From IMG/VR virus record IMGVR_UViG_3300044272_004843, positions 1 through 24,966 of that record: a stretch of DNA of 24,966 bases. One strand, written 5' to 3'. Origin of the DNA: a virus. Taxonomy: Duplodnaviria > Caudoviricetes. The notes beneath the pieces were generated by a model, which had not been told where the DNA came from, searched no databases, and worked only from the letters and a program-made list of their open reading frames with translations. Positions 9,377-17,899 of this stretch are shown one piece after another (position 1 is the first letter of the stretch; the number at the start of each line of letters is the position of its first letter). The position numbers were made by a program, and so were the translations under genes.

Positions 9377-9652
9377 TTATTTTTCTAGTTTTTCTATGCG
9401 TTTTTCAAGTTCATCAATTTTTTTTGTAACATATGGATATTTTTTACGCCAAGCATCTTTAGGTTGTTGCAACCATGTCCAACCCCAACGTTCAACTAGA
9501 TAATCTACCGCAAGATCAAACTTGGCATATAACCAAAGTCCTATCCTTGTGCTTTTAAAGTAGGTTGAAAATGCTAAACCAAAAAGTGATCCAACAAGTG
9601 CTGTGTAGATCCATAATCTGTCAGCTGCCATGCGTTCTATCATTTCCCACAT
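9377..9652 (-). CDS. Small membrane protein (holin/antiholin candidate)
   Basis: N-terminal TM segment LWIYTALVGSLFGLAFSTYF; C-terminal coiled coil KKIDELEKRIEKLEK; lies in the lysis block. Confidence 0.55.
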   Translation of the reverse strand: MWEMIERMAADRLWIYTALVGSLFGLAFSTYFKSTRIGLWLYAKFDLAVDYLVERWGWTWLQQPKDAWRKKYPYVTKKIDELEKRIEKLEK

Positions 9653-9657
9653 AATGT

Positions 9658-10044
9658 TTACTTAGTGTCCTCTGGTGTATCGGATTCATAGTAATCGCGA
9701 TATTGATCAAGTGTTAATTTTTGTTTGATCATGTATGCACGGATCTGTGCAAAATTTACTGCCAGTGTTTCATAATCATCATCAGTCAATCCAAATAGTA
9801 CAGGATCAATGTTTTTTTCCTTTAACTTTGCAAACACCTCTTCAGCGTTGTCGGATGTAATGATAATCCAATTAAGTTCATTCACTATAGGAGTTTCTGG
9901 ATCAGGCAGATCAAGTTTTGTTCTGGGCACTTCAGTTTTGAAAACTTCCAATTGCTTGACTGAACTACAACTACTGATTAGAAACGTAGTTAGGATTAGC
10001 AAGGGAAGGACATTCAGAATTGATTTCACTTGGCTTAACAGCAT
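9658..10044 (-). CDS. Outer-membrane lipoprotein, o-spanin (Rz1-like)
   Basis: AAGGAGA SD; signal peptide ending in lipobox-like LISSC; Pro-rich segment; start embedded in the 3' end of the i-spanin gene. Confidence 0.75.
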   Translation of the reverse strand: MLLSQVKSILNVLPLLILTTFLISSCSSVKQLEVFKTEVPRTKLDLPDPETPIVNELNWIIITSDNAEEVFAKLKEKNIDPVLFGLTDDDYETLAVNFAQIRAYMIKQKLTLDQYRDYYESDTPEDTK

Positions 10045-10459
10045 TTATCTCCTTTTCAGTAAGTGGTGACCCCATGGCTATTTCTACACATCGTAGTGCA
10101 TTGTCCGAGGCACGGTTAATTACACGTTCAACTGACTCAGGCCTATTAACAGCAAGATCACCTATGTCACGTTTTTTGCCTGATGCGTTTGTTTTGTTGA
10201 ACTTGTCGTCTAAATTTTGTAGTTCTTTTTGTAGAATATCACGAGTAACTTGTAGTTTCTTGTTGGCAGCCATGATGGTTTCAAAGTCTGCTTTTTGTTG
10301 TTCAATTAGTTCCTGTTGTGATGCAACAGCTTCCTCCAGTTTAATTTGATTGGCTTTTAGTATGGCATTGTCTGATCTAAGTTTCATTACATAAAGTCCT
10401 GCTCCTGCCAGTGAACTGACCAAGATGCCAACCATCACAAGTTTAAAAGTTCCGAACAT
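9971..10459 (-). CDS. Inner-membrane i-spanin (Rz-like)
   Basis: Single N-terminal TM helix, long coiled coil and two C-terminal Cys; directly follows the endolysin. Confidence 0.75.
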   Translation of the reverse strand: MFGTFKLVMVGILVSSLAGAGLYVMKLRSDNAILKANQIKLEEAVASQQELIEQQKADFETIMAANKKLQVTRDILQKELQNLDDKFNKTNASGKKRDIGDLAVNRPESVERVINRASDNALRCVEIAMGSPLTEKEINAVKPSEINSECPSLANPNYVSNQ

Positions 10460-10460
10460 A

Positions 10461-10973
10461 TTATATCATTGATAGAGCCATTTCGGTAGTTTCAGTGACT
10501 CGTCTTGTCCATCCTCGGCCGAATGTATCAAATGTTGATAGGCTCTCGTAATACTTTTGTCTTTCTGCTTGATAATTTTCAATTGTTTCTTTGACGCCAT
10601 GTTTAGACACATATGCATCCAGTGTTTTTAAGGTGTTTGGGCCTATTCCACCATCGGCCACTGTACCAATCAATGTTTGCAGATACTTGGCAGCTCTGCC
10701 TGTGCCTGCGTTTACTCCAAAGTCAAACACACAAAGATCAAGTCCTGCAGGCAACTGATCGCCTTTGACTCTGTCCCAATAATTTTTTTTATAAATTGGT
10801 TCAACATCTTCTCTAGTAAGTTCTTTCATGTTTTTGGTTCCGCCAAAGTCTTCGTACACTCGTTTGGTTACACCAAGATTAGTTTCCCCACCAGGATCCT
10901 TTGGATGATTTACATATCCGCCTTCGTGATGCAAGATTGCTTCTAATGATTTGATCCAATTTTGTGATGCCAT
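10461..10973 (-). CDS. Endolysin, glycoside hydrolase family 108 with C-terminal peptidoglycan-binding region
   Basis: HEGGYVNHPKDPGGETNLGVT, YKKNYWD, FDFGVNAG and FGRGWTRRV motifs. Confidence 0.92.
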   Translation of the reverse strand: MASQNWIKSLEAILHHEGGYVNHPKDPGGETNLGVTKRVYEDFGGTKNMKELTREDVEPIYKKNYWDRVKGDQLPAGLDLCVFDFGVNAGTGRAAKYLQTLIGTVADGGIGPNTLKTLDAYVSKHGVKETIENYQAERQKYYESLSTFDTFGRGWTRRVTETTEMALSMI

Positions 10974-11683
10974 TATAACTCCTTTATTTTTGCGACTATT
11001 GATTTTGACCCTTTTGTAATTTTAAATAGGTCATCAACTTTAACTACAGAATATCCGCCACCTAACCAATGATTGAGATACGAAGATTGTTCGCTGGATT
11101 CTCTATCAATTTTGTAAGTGCCTTGGACATCATGGTCAAATGCTTCGACGACCATTTCGTGTTTAGTATAAGCTTTTTTTAGAATGATGTTTTTTCCATT
11201 TATCCTTTTATGGATTATTGGGGCAGATTCAAAAAATTTTGCTATATCTTCTTCAACTTTGTCGTCAGTAAGAAAAGTATATTGAGATGCAGAAGTAGGA
11301 ATAATAGTTGTAAGATTTTGTTCGCTAAGTTTAAATTGTTTCTGATTTTTATAGAACGAAAATTTCCAAGGTAACATTCCAGTTACCTGCTCAATATCTC
11401 TTACAAGTTCCATTATATTTTTTGGCAGATCTATATTTCTTTCTATTTCAACGAACACATCATATCTATTATCTTCATTTTTAGCAGGAGAATTATCCGC
11501 ATCCAACACAAATTTAGAGCCAGTTTCGATAAAATGAACTAGATCTTCAGCCACTGACTTGTTATCAGTTTGTAACTTTATTACCGATACATCTTCATCT
11601 TTGCCAAGTTTAGCTTGGAAATTATCAATAGTAATAACTTCACTGACATGACTTTGCATCTCTAAATTTTTTACTGATTTCAT
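10973..11683 (-). CDS. Hypothetical phage protein, 236 aa
   Basis: Long ORF with overlapping stop/start codons on both sides. Confidence 0.8.
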   Translation of the reverse strand: MKSVKNLEMQSHVSEVITIDNFQAKLGKDEDVSVIKLQTDNKSVAEDLVHFIETGSKFVLDADNSPAKNEDNRYDVFVEIERNIDLPKNIMELVRDIEQVTGMLPWKFSFYKNQKQFKLSEQNLTTIIPTSASQYTFLTDDKVEEDIAKFFESAPIIHKRINGKNIILKKAYTKHEMVVEAFDHDVQGTYKIDRESSEQSSYLNHWLGGGYSVVKVDDLFKITKGSKSIVAKIKEL

Positions 11684-12156
11684 AGTTCTGCCGCGTCTTG
11701 TGGAGACTGATCAACTGCAATCCCTGTTACTGATTTTGTAATTTGTGCCTCTGCATTAAAGTCTTCAATAACTTGGTTGGGCAAAGTAATCTTTACTAAC
11801 CATACAGGCACTTCATCTAATTTTGCTTTTTTAGTTCCTGGTCTATAATCCGAATATGATTCAATTCTTCTTGGCGTCATTTTAACATCACGTTTGTATT
11901 CTACCTTGCCACCAATATTAAGCAATCTTTTGCCAGCGTCTGGATCAGGCATTTTGTTTTGTTCCCACATAAATGTCATTGTAGTATCGTACTTGTTTAC
12001 GTGTGGACCGTCTACAAGTTCACCTAGTGCCCAATTTTTATATGCATACATATTGACATCATCCATAACTTTTTCCATGTTTACCACTGTTTCAACAATG
12101 GCATCTGATGCATATATTTTTTTTATGTTGCGGATAATTTCTAATGTATCAATCAT
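11680..12156 (-). CDS. Hypothetical phage protein, 158 aa
   Basis: TAAATA 7 nt upstream of ATG; first gene of the operon leading into the lysis genes. Confidence 0.8.
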   Translation of the reverse strand: MIDTLEIIRNIKKIYASDAIVETVVNMEKVMDDVNMYAYKNWALGELVDGPHVNKYDTTMTFMWEQNKMPDPDAGKRLLNIGGKVEYKRDVKMTPRRIESYSDYRPGTKKAKLDEVPVWLVKITLPNQVIEDFNAEAQITKSVTGIAVDQSPQDAAEL

Positions 12157-12282
12157 AATAAACTATTTATTGTCAACAAAGGTCCACATACTTTTTTTAT
12201 TATAAGCATAGATATCATAAATTTGCACACTTTAAATATTTGCATATGCAATCGCATATTAAATTAACAATCGGAGTATATT

Positions 12283-12969
12283 ATGAAACACAAAACTGTC
12301 TTATCTTTTGACGATCTTCGTGACGATTTTTCGCGTTTCGAAGTAAAACCAAGATCGCCTAATCAGCACAAATATTGGCAGATGCTTAAGGATGATAAAA
12401 GATCTATTGTTATTGCACATGGGCCAGCTGGATGTGGCAAAACACTACTTGCAACGCAAAACGGCATAGATCTTATGAAACTACAAAAGATTGAAAAGAT
12501 AGTGATTACTAGACCTGTGGTTGGCGCAGATGAAGATATTGGATTCCTACCTGGAACACTACAACGAAAAATGGAGCCTTGGACAAGGCCTTTGATTGAT
12601 ATATTTCATAAAAACTACACAGTCAATCGTGTTGCAAAAATGATCAGAGAAGAACAAATTGAAATAGCACCATTGGCATTCATGCGTGGGAGAACTTTTG
12701 AAAATTCTTACATTATAGCAGATGAAATGCAAAACACCACAGTCAACCAATTCAAAATGTTGTTGACTAGAATTGGTGAAGGATCAAAACTTGTTGTTAC
12801 TGGTGACTTAGACCAAACTGATCGAGGAAAAGATAATGGTATGGCACATTTTTTACATAAATTATGGCGTACCCATACTAGGTACATATGTAATGTTCAA
12901 TTGTTTGGTGAGGATATTGTAAGACATTATGCTGTCACTGAAGCTTTGAAAATTTATGAAGAAGCTTGA
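12283..12969 (+). CDS. phoH: PhoH-family ATPase
   Basis: GPAGCGKT, ITRP, GFLPG, FMRGRTF, DEMQN, LTRIG and GDLDQTD motifs; GGAG SD. Confidence 0.93.
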   Translation: MKHKTVLSFDDLRDDFSRFEVKPRSPNQHKYWQMLKDDKRSIVIAHGPAGCGKTLLATQNGIDLMKLQKIEKIVITRPVVGADEDIGFLPGTLQRKMEPWTRPLIDIFHKNYTVNRVAKMIREEQIEIAPLAFMRGRTFENSYIIADEMQNTTVNQFKMLLTRIGEGSKLVVTGDLDQTDRGKDNGMAHFLHKLWRTHTRYICNVQLFGEDIVRHYAVTEALKIYEEA

Positions 12970-13889
12970 TTACGTATTCGTGACAACTTAATAAGTGTAG
13001 CAGATAAGTTTATTTCTGCTTCTGCAACAAACGAATGATCAACTATACCTTGTTTAATAACAAGTGTGGCTTCATCTTGTTGATCTTCTGTTTCACCAAA
13101 TATCTCAATGTTGTCATACATCCAACGATAAATGTCTTCCATTTCTTCTGGACGTGCTTGTGAACACAACAGTTTTCTTGCCTCTGTTATTTTGCCTGCC
13201 TTGAACAAGTCCACCATTTCTATCCTATAATCTTGCTCACCTACATCAGCAACATTTGGCGCTTGTAGTTTTGCATCAGCACAGTTCATTTGTAATGTGT
13301 TAATGCATTTTCTTAGATCAGGATATGTTGCTTTGACATATGTGTCTAGTGTATCCAAATCAAACTGGATGCCTTCACCAACCAATATTTCTGCCGCCCT
13401 AGCAGTGAATTCAGTTTTGTCTATCTTTTCAATATGAAAGCCTTGACATCTTGAATGCAGTGCTGGAATAACTCTGTTTGGATAGTTGCAAGTTAATATG
13501 AATCTTGCAGATTGATGATACATTTCCATAACACCACGCAGTGCCGCTTGTCCGTTGGGAGAAATATAGTCTGCCTCATCTAACAGCACAACTTTGAATT
13601 CACCAAAAGGCATTGTCTGAACAAAGTTTGTTATCTTATCTCTGATCACATCTACAGAGTTTTCTCTTGAAGCATTTATTTCAAGTATATCTGTGCCTTC
13701 AACTTCTAACAAGTTCAACAGTATTTTTGCCAGTGTTGTTTTGCCTACACCCGGAGCGCCTGAAAATAACAAATGTGGAATAGACTTGGATGATACCCAT
13801 TGTTCAACTTGTTTTTTTTGTGCATCATCACGGAACACATATCCTTGTAGTGTATTCGGCCTATGTTTTTCAACCCAAAGTGTATTCAT
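12954..13889 (-). CDS. Clamp loader subunit (RFC small subunit / T4 gp44-like AAA+)
   Basis: LWVEKHRP, GAPGVGKT, EINAS, LLDEAD and SRC arginine finger. Confidence 0.92.
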   Translation of the reverse strand: MNTLWVEKHRPNTLQGYVFRDDAQKKQVEQWVSSKSIPHLLFSGAPGVGKTTLAKILLNLLEVEGTDILEINASRENSVDVIRDKITNFVQTMPFGEFKVVLLDEADYISPNGQAALRGVMEMYHQSARFILTCNYPNRVIPALHSRCQGFHIEKIDKTEFTARAAEILVGEGIQFDLDTLDTYVKATYPDLRKCINTLQMNCADAKLQAPNVADVGEQDYRIEMVDLFKAGKITEARKLLCSQARPEEMEDIYRWMYDNIEIFGETEDQQDEATLVIKQGIVDHSFVAEAEINLSATLIKLSRIRNQASS

Positions 13890-13895
13890 ACTATT

Positions 13896-13924
13896 AGTAT
13901 AACAGTTTTAATAAAATTTGTCTA
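13896..13924 (-). promoter_or_regulatory. Sigma70-like promoter TAGACA-N17-TATACT
   Basis: -35 at 13924-13919, -10 at 13901-13896, 6 nt to ATG 13889. Confidence 0.6.
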
Positions 13925-13928
13925 TTGA

Positions 13929-14276
13929 TTATTTGTAGGGAGCGGTGATTGTGTTAACATCAGGTTCTTCTTCGCTGATCAACAAAATATCATTTTCATC
14001 AACCATCCTGACATCAACATCAATATCGCCCTGGTCAAGCATTACTTGTCTTGTCCATCGGCCGTGTGCAATTAACACCCATTGACCAATCTCTACATCT
14101 TGCTGTTGTGGGCCAACAGCATATACTTTTGCCCATCTGGGTCTAGTGCCTGCGGCAGTGCCATCATCATCCGGAAGGATCACTCCGCTTTTAGTTTTTA
14201 ACATACCAAAGTGCATGTTAGATACTAGCACTCTTTTTTTGAGTGGTTTTATTTTTCCCTGTACTCTAGTTGGCAT
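13929..14276 (-). CDS. groES: Co-chaperonin GroES-like protein
   Basis: IKPLKKRVLV, KTKSGVIL mobile loop, VYAVGP, VEIGQWVL and ENDIL. Confidence 0.85.
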   Translation of the reverse strand: MPTRVQGKIKPLKKRVLVSNMHFGMLKTKSGVILPDDDGTAAGTRPRWAKVYAVGPQQQDVEIGQWVLIAHGRWTRQVMLDQGDIDVDVRMVDENDILLISEEEPDVNTITAPYK

Positions 14277-14455
14277 TATTTTTCATCACGTTTTTTAACT
14301 ATTTTTCCGCCTTTGCCTAGTTCGTCACCTCTTGCATTTGTTTTTGTATTTCCTACTGCAATTGATTTTTCATGTTTAGTTCGCATGGCTTCGAAGTCAA
14401 CAGGCCTTCCTTGCATGGAAAAGTGTACTTTTTTTGATTGCATTTTTCTTGGCAT
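14276..14455 (-). CDS. Small basic hypothetical protein, 59 aa; not in the ORF track
   Basis: AGGAGA SD, then MPRKMQSKKVHFSMQGRPVDFEAMRTKHEKSIAVGNTKTNARGDELGKGGKIVKKRDEK*; TAATG overlap with groES. Confidence 0.8.
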   Translation of the reverse strand: MPRKMQSKKVHFSMQGRPVDFEAMRTKHEKSIAVGNTKTNARGDELGKGGKIVKKRDEK

Positions 14456-14463
14456 AAATTCTC

Positions 14464-14985
14464 CTATCTCAAAAATTCCTTGTAGTCCAAACTGTATTTA
14501 ACAGGGTCAATTTGATGCACATCTAATAAATGAAGTACAAGACTACTCACGGAAGATCCTCGTCCAACCCCTGTCACTATGTTGTGTGTTTTACATGTTT
14601 GCATTAGATAACACAAAAATTTTAACACATTAACCATTTTCCTTTTTTTAAATTGTTCTAGTTCTTCTATTAATCTATTTGTATAAGCACTTGATGTTAA
14701 ATTTTTACTGACAAGCAATTCTGACAAAAACTTTTCTATATCCATTTTTTTATACTGTTCTGGCATATGCCATGTGTTTGCTTTACTTTCATGGAATGTG
14801 TCTGCACTTTCCTGTATAGGCTCCACAACATTTTTAGCCGGAACGTCAAAATAATTTGCAAACTGATTATATTTTTGTGTTTCCAAATTTGCAAAGTCAC
14901 AATGATCTATGTTTTGTCCAGAGTACATCATGTCAAGTATTTCATTTACTGTGAACATTACTTGTCCATATTCGTTAGTGTTCAT
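14464..14985 (-). CDS. Stand-alone fragment of DNA polymerase III alpha (DnaE-like)
   Basis: YTNRLIEEL...GVGRGSSVSSLVLHLLDVHQIDPVKYSLDYKEFLR matches the DnaE pattern GPGRGSAAGSLVAYxLGITxIDPxxYxLLFERFLN. Confidence 0.85.
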   Translation of the reverse strand: MNTNEYGQVMFTVNEILDMMYSGQNIDHCDFANLETQKYNQFANYFDVPAKNVVEPIQESADTFHESKANTWHMPEQYKKMDIEKFLSELLVSKNLTSSAYTNRLIEELEQFKKRKMVNVLKFLCYLMQTCKTHNIVTGVGRGSSVSSLVLHLLDVHQIDPVKYSLDYKEFLR

Positions 14986-15539
14986 CTACCACCCTGTATA
15001 ATTTTAAATTTATCATTATCATCAGTTATTGTAAAGCCAAGTCGTTCCCATGTCAAGTCCTCTTTGGTAAAGTTACTAAATCTTGGACTCTTATCTTTCC
15101 ACCATGGATTATTAACAGTTGACGAATGCAATAAATCATTCTCGGGACTGCTGTCTGAAATAATGAATCTTAAGTTTTCGCCTTGCCAAGACTCAATTTC
15201 CAAAGTATCAACACGTAAGCAATCTCCTATCATTGCATTTAACTTTGTGAACAAACATATACCAACCACTTGATCAACTGGTTTTTCGAAAAAATCAATG
15301 GCTAACGTGTTGAATTTTTCGAATAATTGATATTGGTTATTGTTATCAATGAATAAAGAATTTTGTAATATTTTGTTGAAAACATACTTAATTTTTTCGA
15401 AAGCAATATGTTGTTGTTTGGAATCCTCGGCAATCGGAGTCATGTGGATCTCCACGTCAGTGTCATTAGGCCATAATTTGTTTTGAACGTAAAGTGTATT
15501 GGTGAATCTAGTTCGCCATATCAGACCATCATCTAACAT
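14982..15539 (-). CDS. Hypothetical phage protein, 185 aa
   Basis: Overlaps both neighbouring genes; no motif recognised with confidence. Confidence 0.75.
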   Translation of the reverse strand: MLDDGLIWRTRFTNTLYVQNKLWPNDTDVEIHMTPIAEDSKQQHIAFEKIKYVFNKILQNSLFIDNNNQYQLFEKFNTLAIDFFEKPVDQVVGICLFTKLNAMIGDCLRVDTLEIESWQGENLRFIISDSSPENDLLHSSTVNNPWWKDKSPRFSNFTKEDLTWERLGFTITDDNDKFKIIQGGR

Positions 15540-15762
15540 TTATTAAATTATCAAACTCGGAACTTTCAGGGTCATTGTTTTTCTTATCTAATTTTCTTTG
15601 TTCTTGTTCCATTAAAAGCGTATTGTTTATTGCCAATAATTGATCGTATAGATTACGATTCATCATTCTAGCGGCTTGTTGTATTTTCATTGTAACATCT
15701 TTTAATTGGGATTCCAACTCCGAATCAGACAATCCTTTAGGATCTAAAGTAGGATGAAACAT
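15529..15762 (-). CDS. Small helical hypothetical protein, 77 aa
   Basis: Tightly packed in the operon; coiled-coil-like sequence. Confidence 0.75.
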   Translation of the reverse strand: MFHPTLDPKGLSDSELESQLKDVTMKIQQAARMMNRNLYDQLLAINNTLLMEQEQRKLDKKNNDPESSEFDNLINVR

Positions 15763-15765
15763 CTA

Positions 15766-16362
15766 TTATGAGCTTGAAGGATATTCAAGTATGGTGCTTA
15801 TAAACTTTGTTGTACCACCATCAACTGAGAAAACATCAAAAACAAACGTGCTTTTCCTATCAGGGAATGTTGTACTCATTGTTGAGGAATCCAAGTTGGA
15901 TTCATTAAAACTTGCAACAGTCGGAAAGCTTACTCCTGTTAGAGTTACAGTGTGTGTTGATGTTCCTTTAGTAAGAAATACTCTCATAGATGCATGAGTG
16001 TTTGTTGAAGCATCATCTTCTTGTGGAAAGTTTGTAAATGTTAAAGTAACGTTATTTGAAGTGGTCAATGTTGTAACATTGCCATCTTCGAAATCCAATG
16101 ATACTGATCCACTTACTGAGCCTTTTGCTACGACTTTTTGTCCCCAATCTTTAAGAACTAGTTTGGACTGATCATGCCCATTAAAATCAGTATCAGCATT
16201 TGTAGTTGCTCTATTATCCTGCAAAGAAGTTATTTCTGTAGATGCAGTGCTAAGTTGTGTTTTAATTTGAGAAAAGTTATCTCTAAAACCTTGTGAATCG
16301 TTATCTTGTCCTGCTACTGGAAAAGTAGCATCAATATTTGTAGTGGTAATTGAACTTGCCAT
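15766..16362 (-). CDS. Putative virion structural protein
   Basis: S/T-rich; N-terminal FPVAGQDNDSQGFRDNF plus a short coiled coil, then a beta-rich domain; TAAATA 7 nt upstream. Confidence 0.65.
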   Translation of the reverse strand: MASSITTTNIDATFPVAGQDNDSQGFRDNFSQIKTQLSTASTEITSLQDNRATTNADTDFNGHDQSKLVLKDWGQKVVAKGSVSGSVSLDFEDGNVTTLTTSNNVTLTFTNFPQEDDASTNTHASMRVFLTKGTSTHTVTLTGVSFPTVASFNESNLDSSTMSTTFPDRKSTFVFDVFSVDGGTTKFISTILEYPSSS

Positions 16363-16375
16363 GTCGTACTATTTA

Positions 16376-17899
16376 TTAAACACTTCTCACTAATTTAGGC
16401 TCTTTTGAAATATGTGTTATTCCGTCTGTGTTTGCACTCTTGCTGAACATTAATTGGAAACTTGGATTTATTTTTCGGTCAAAAGTAACTTCTTCCTGTG
16501 TGAATCTAGTGCCGTTGTTATCAAATGTAGTGTTACCATCAGTAGTGTCCACGCCGTCGAAAGTTGTGACAACCCTTTTTCCGAATGTAGTTGGTTGTAA
16601 TTTAACATCGATTGTGGAGCCGTCAATTGGCGCTGTATCAAATACTATTTGCGAACTGTCAGGATCATTAACATCGGTGCTGTACAAAACAGTGTCAGTC
16701 GATATATGTGGTGTATCGGCGGTAATATCTCCTAGCATACTAAAGTCAGTCACTCCCAAGCCATCCACTGTAATAATAAGATGATTAGGTTTTGTTACCC
16801 TATATGGTGATGTAAAAATTGCAGTTGATCCGTCACCAGTGTATGTCAGTCTTGATAGGTCATTGAAAGTTGTTCCAAGATTATCATCAATTATTAATCG
16901 ATCGATGTCTATGTCTAATTGTTTAGGATCATAATTGATTTCATTTTTCAATCTATATAACGCTTGGGCACCTGCTCCAGGTTGTAAATATTTTATTGGC
17001 AGAGCTAATCTGAATCCACGTACCACACTTTGTGGTGTTTGCATCCACAAAGGTAGATAATCAAAATTATTAACTGTTAATCCTGCTTTCAATTCTTCTT
17101 GGATATTAACTACATCGTTAGAATAGATTGTATCTTCCTCTGTGCCAGGTATATTAAGACCTGCATCTGCTCCTATTTCCAAAGTGTCTGTACGCAATTG
17201 GATTGTGATATTTTTTAATCCATGGGACTCTAATGTAAAGGAATCATTAGCTCCACTGTTTGGATCGATCAATTCACTGTATATTACTTCGTATATTGTG
17301 TTGCCAGCACGGTCTTTAGCCAGTGCAAGTTTATAATCTCCAACACGTAATTTAAAGTTATAGGAATTTTCCTTTAGTAAATTTTGTATATATGATAACA
17401 ATTTTAAACTTATGCCAGACAGAAGAATAAAACTGGGAATTTTTGTATCGAAGTTTCCATCATATGGTCTGTACTGTGTTGCGTTAGTAAAAATTTTTGT
17501 GTTGTTAATTAAAGATTGGAATGATGCTAATGATGTGCTATCAGGCCTTGGCTTTGCAATTATGTTTCCTATCTTGTCACTGGTTTGTCTCACCACGTCA
17601 ATAGAAAATGCCTGATCTGAGGTCACGTTTCCAAATTGTCCTGTTGCTGTTACTGTGAATACATAAGTTTTTTCGAAGGATGTTTTATCCGAATCAAATG
17701 TTGTATCTCCTTGATCCAGTTCAAAAATTCTTTCGCCACATGTGCCTGCTATGCCACCATCTGGAAATATTGCAAGTCCTGGCGGAAGTCTTCCTTCTTT
17801 GTATGCATAACTTAAAGTTACATTAGATACCGTGGTTGTTGCGCCAACTTTGAAAAGACTTACTTTCTTTGGAGAAATTGTTCCTAGATCTATTATCAT
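16376..17899 (-). CDS. Putative virion (baseplate/tail) protein with an Ig-like repeat and TTFD repeats
   Basis: ATG at 17899 (MIIDLGTI) overlaps the upstream TAA and has GGAG upstream; GRLPPGL Ig-like motif; repeated TTF[D/N/G]. Confidence 0.7.
   Translation of the reverse strand: MIIDLGTISPKKVSLFKVGATTTVSNVTLSYAYKEGRLPPGLAIFPDGGIAGTCGERIFELDQGDTTFDSDKTSFEKTYVFTVTATGQFGNVTSDQAFSIDVVRQTSDKIGNIIAKPRPDSTSLASFQSLINNTKIFTNATQYRPYDGNFDTKIPSFILLSGISLKLLSYIQNLLKENSYNFKLRVGDYKLALAKDRAGNTIYEVIYSELIDPNSGANDSFTLESHGLKNITIQLRTDTLEIGADAGLNIPGTEEDTIYSNDVVNIQEELKAGLTVNNFDYLPLWMQTPQSVVRGFRLALPIKYLQPGAGAQALYRLKNEINYDPKQLDIDIDRLIIDDNLGTTFNDLSRLTYTGDGSTAIFTSPYRVTKPNHLIITVDGLGVTDFSMLGDITADTPHISTDTVLYSTDVNDPDSSQIVFDTAPIDGSTIDVKLQPTTFGKRVVTTFDGVDTTDGNTTFDNNGTRFTQEEVTFDRKINPSFQLMFSKSANTDGITHISKEPKLVRSV

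Noticed and set aside
14356-14466. Stop-codon reassignment or read-through extending the DnaE fragment
   Set aside because: The read-through frame has no PDID motif and soon stops. TAA, TAG and TGA all end well-defined genes in this window.
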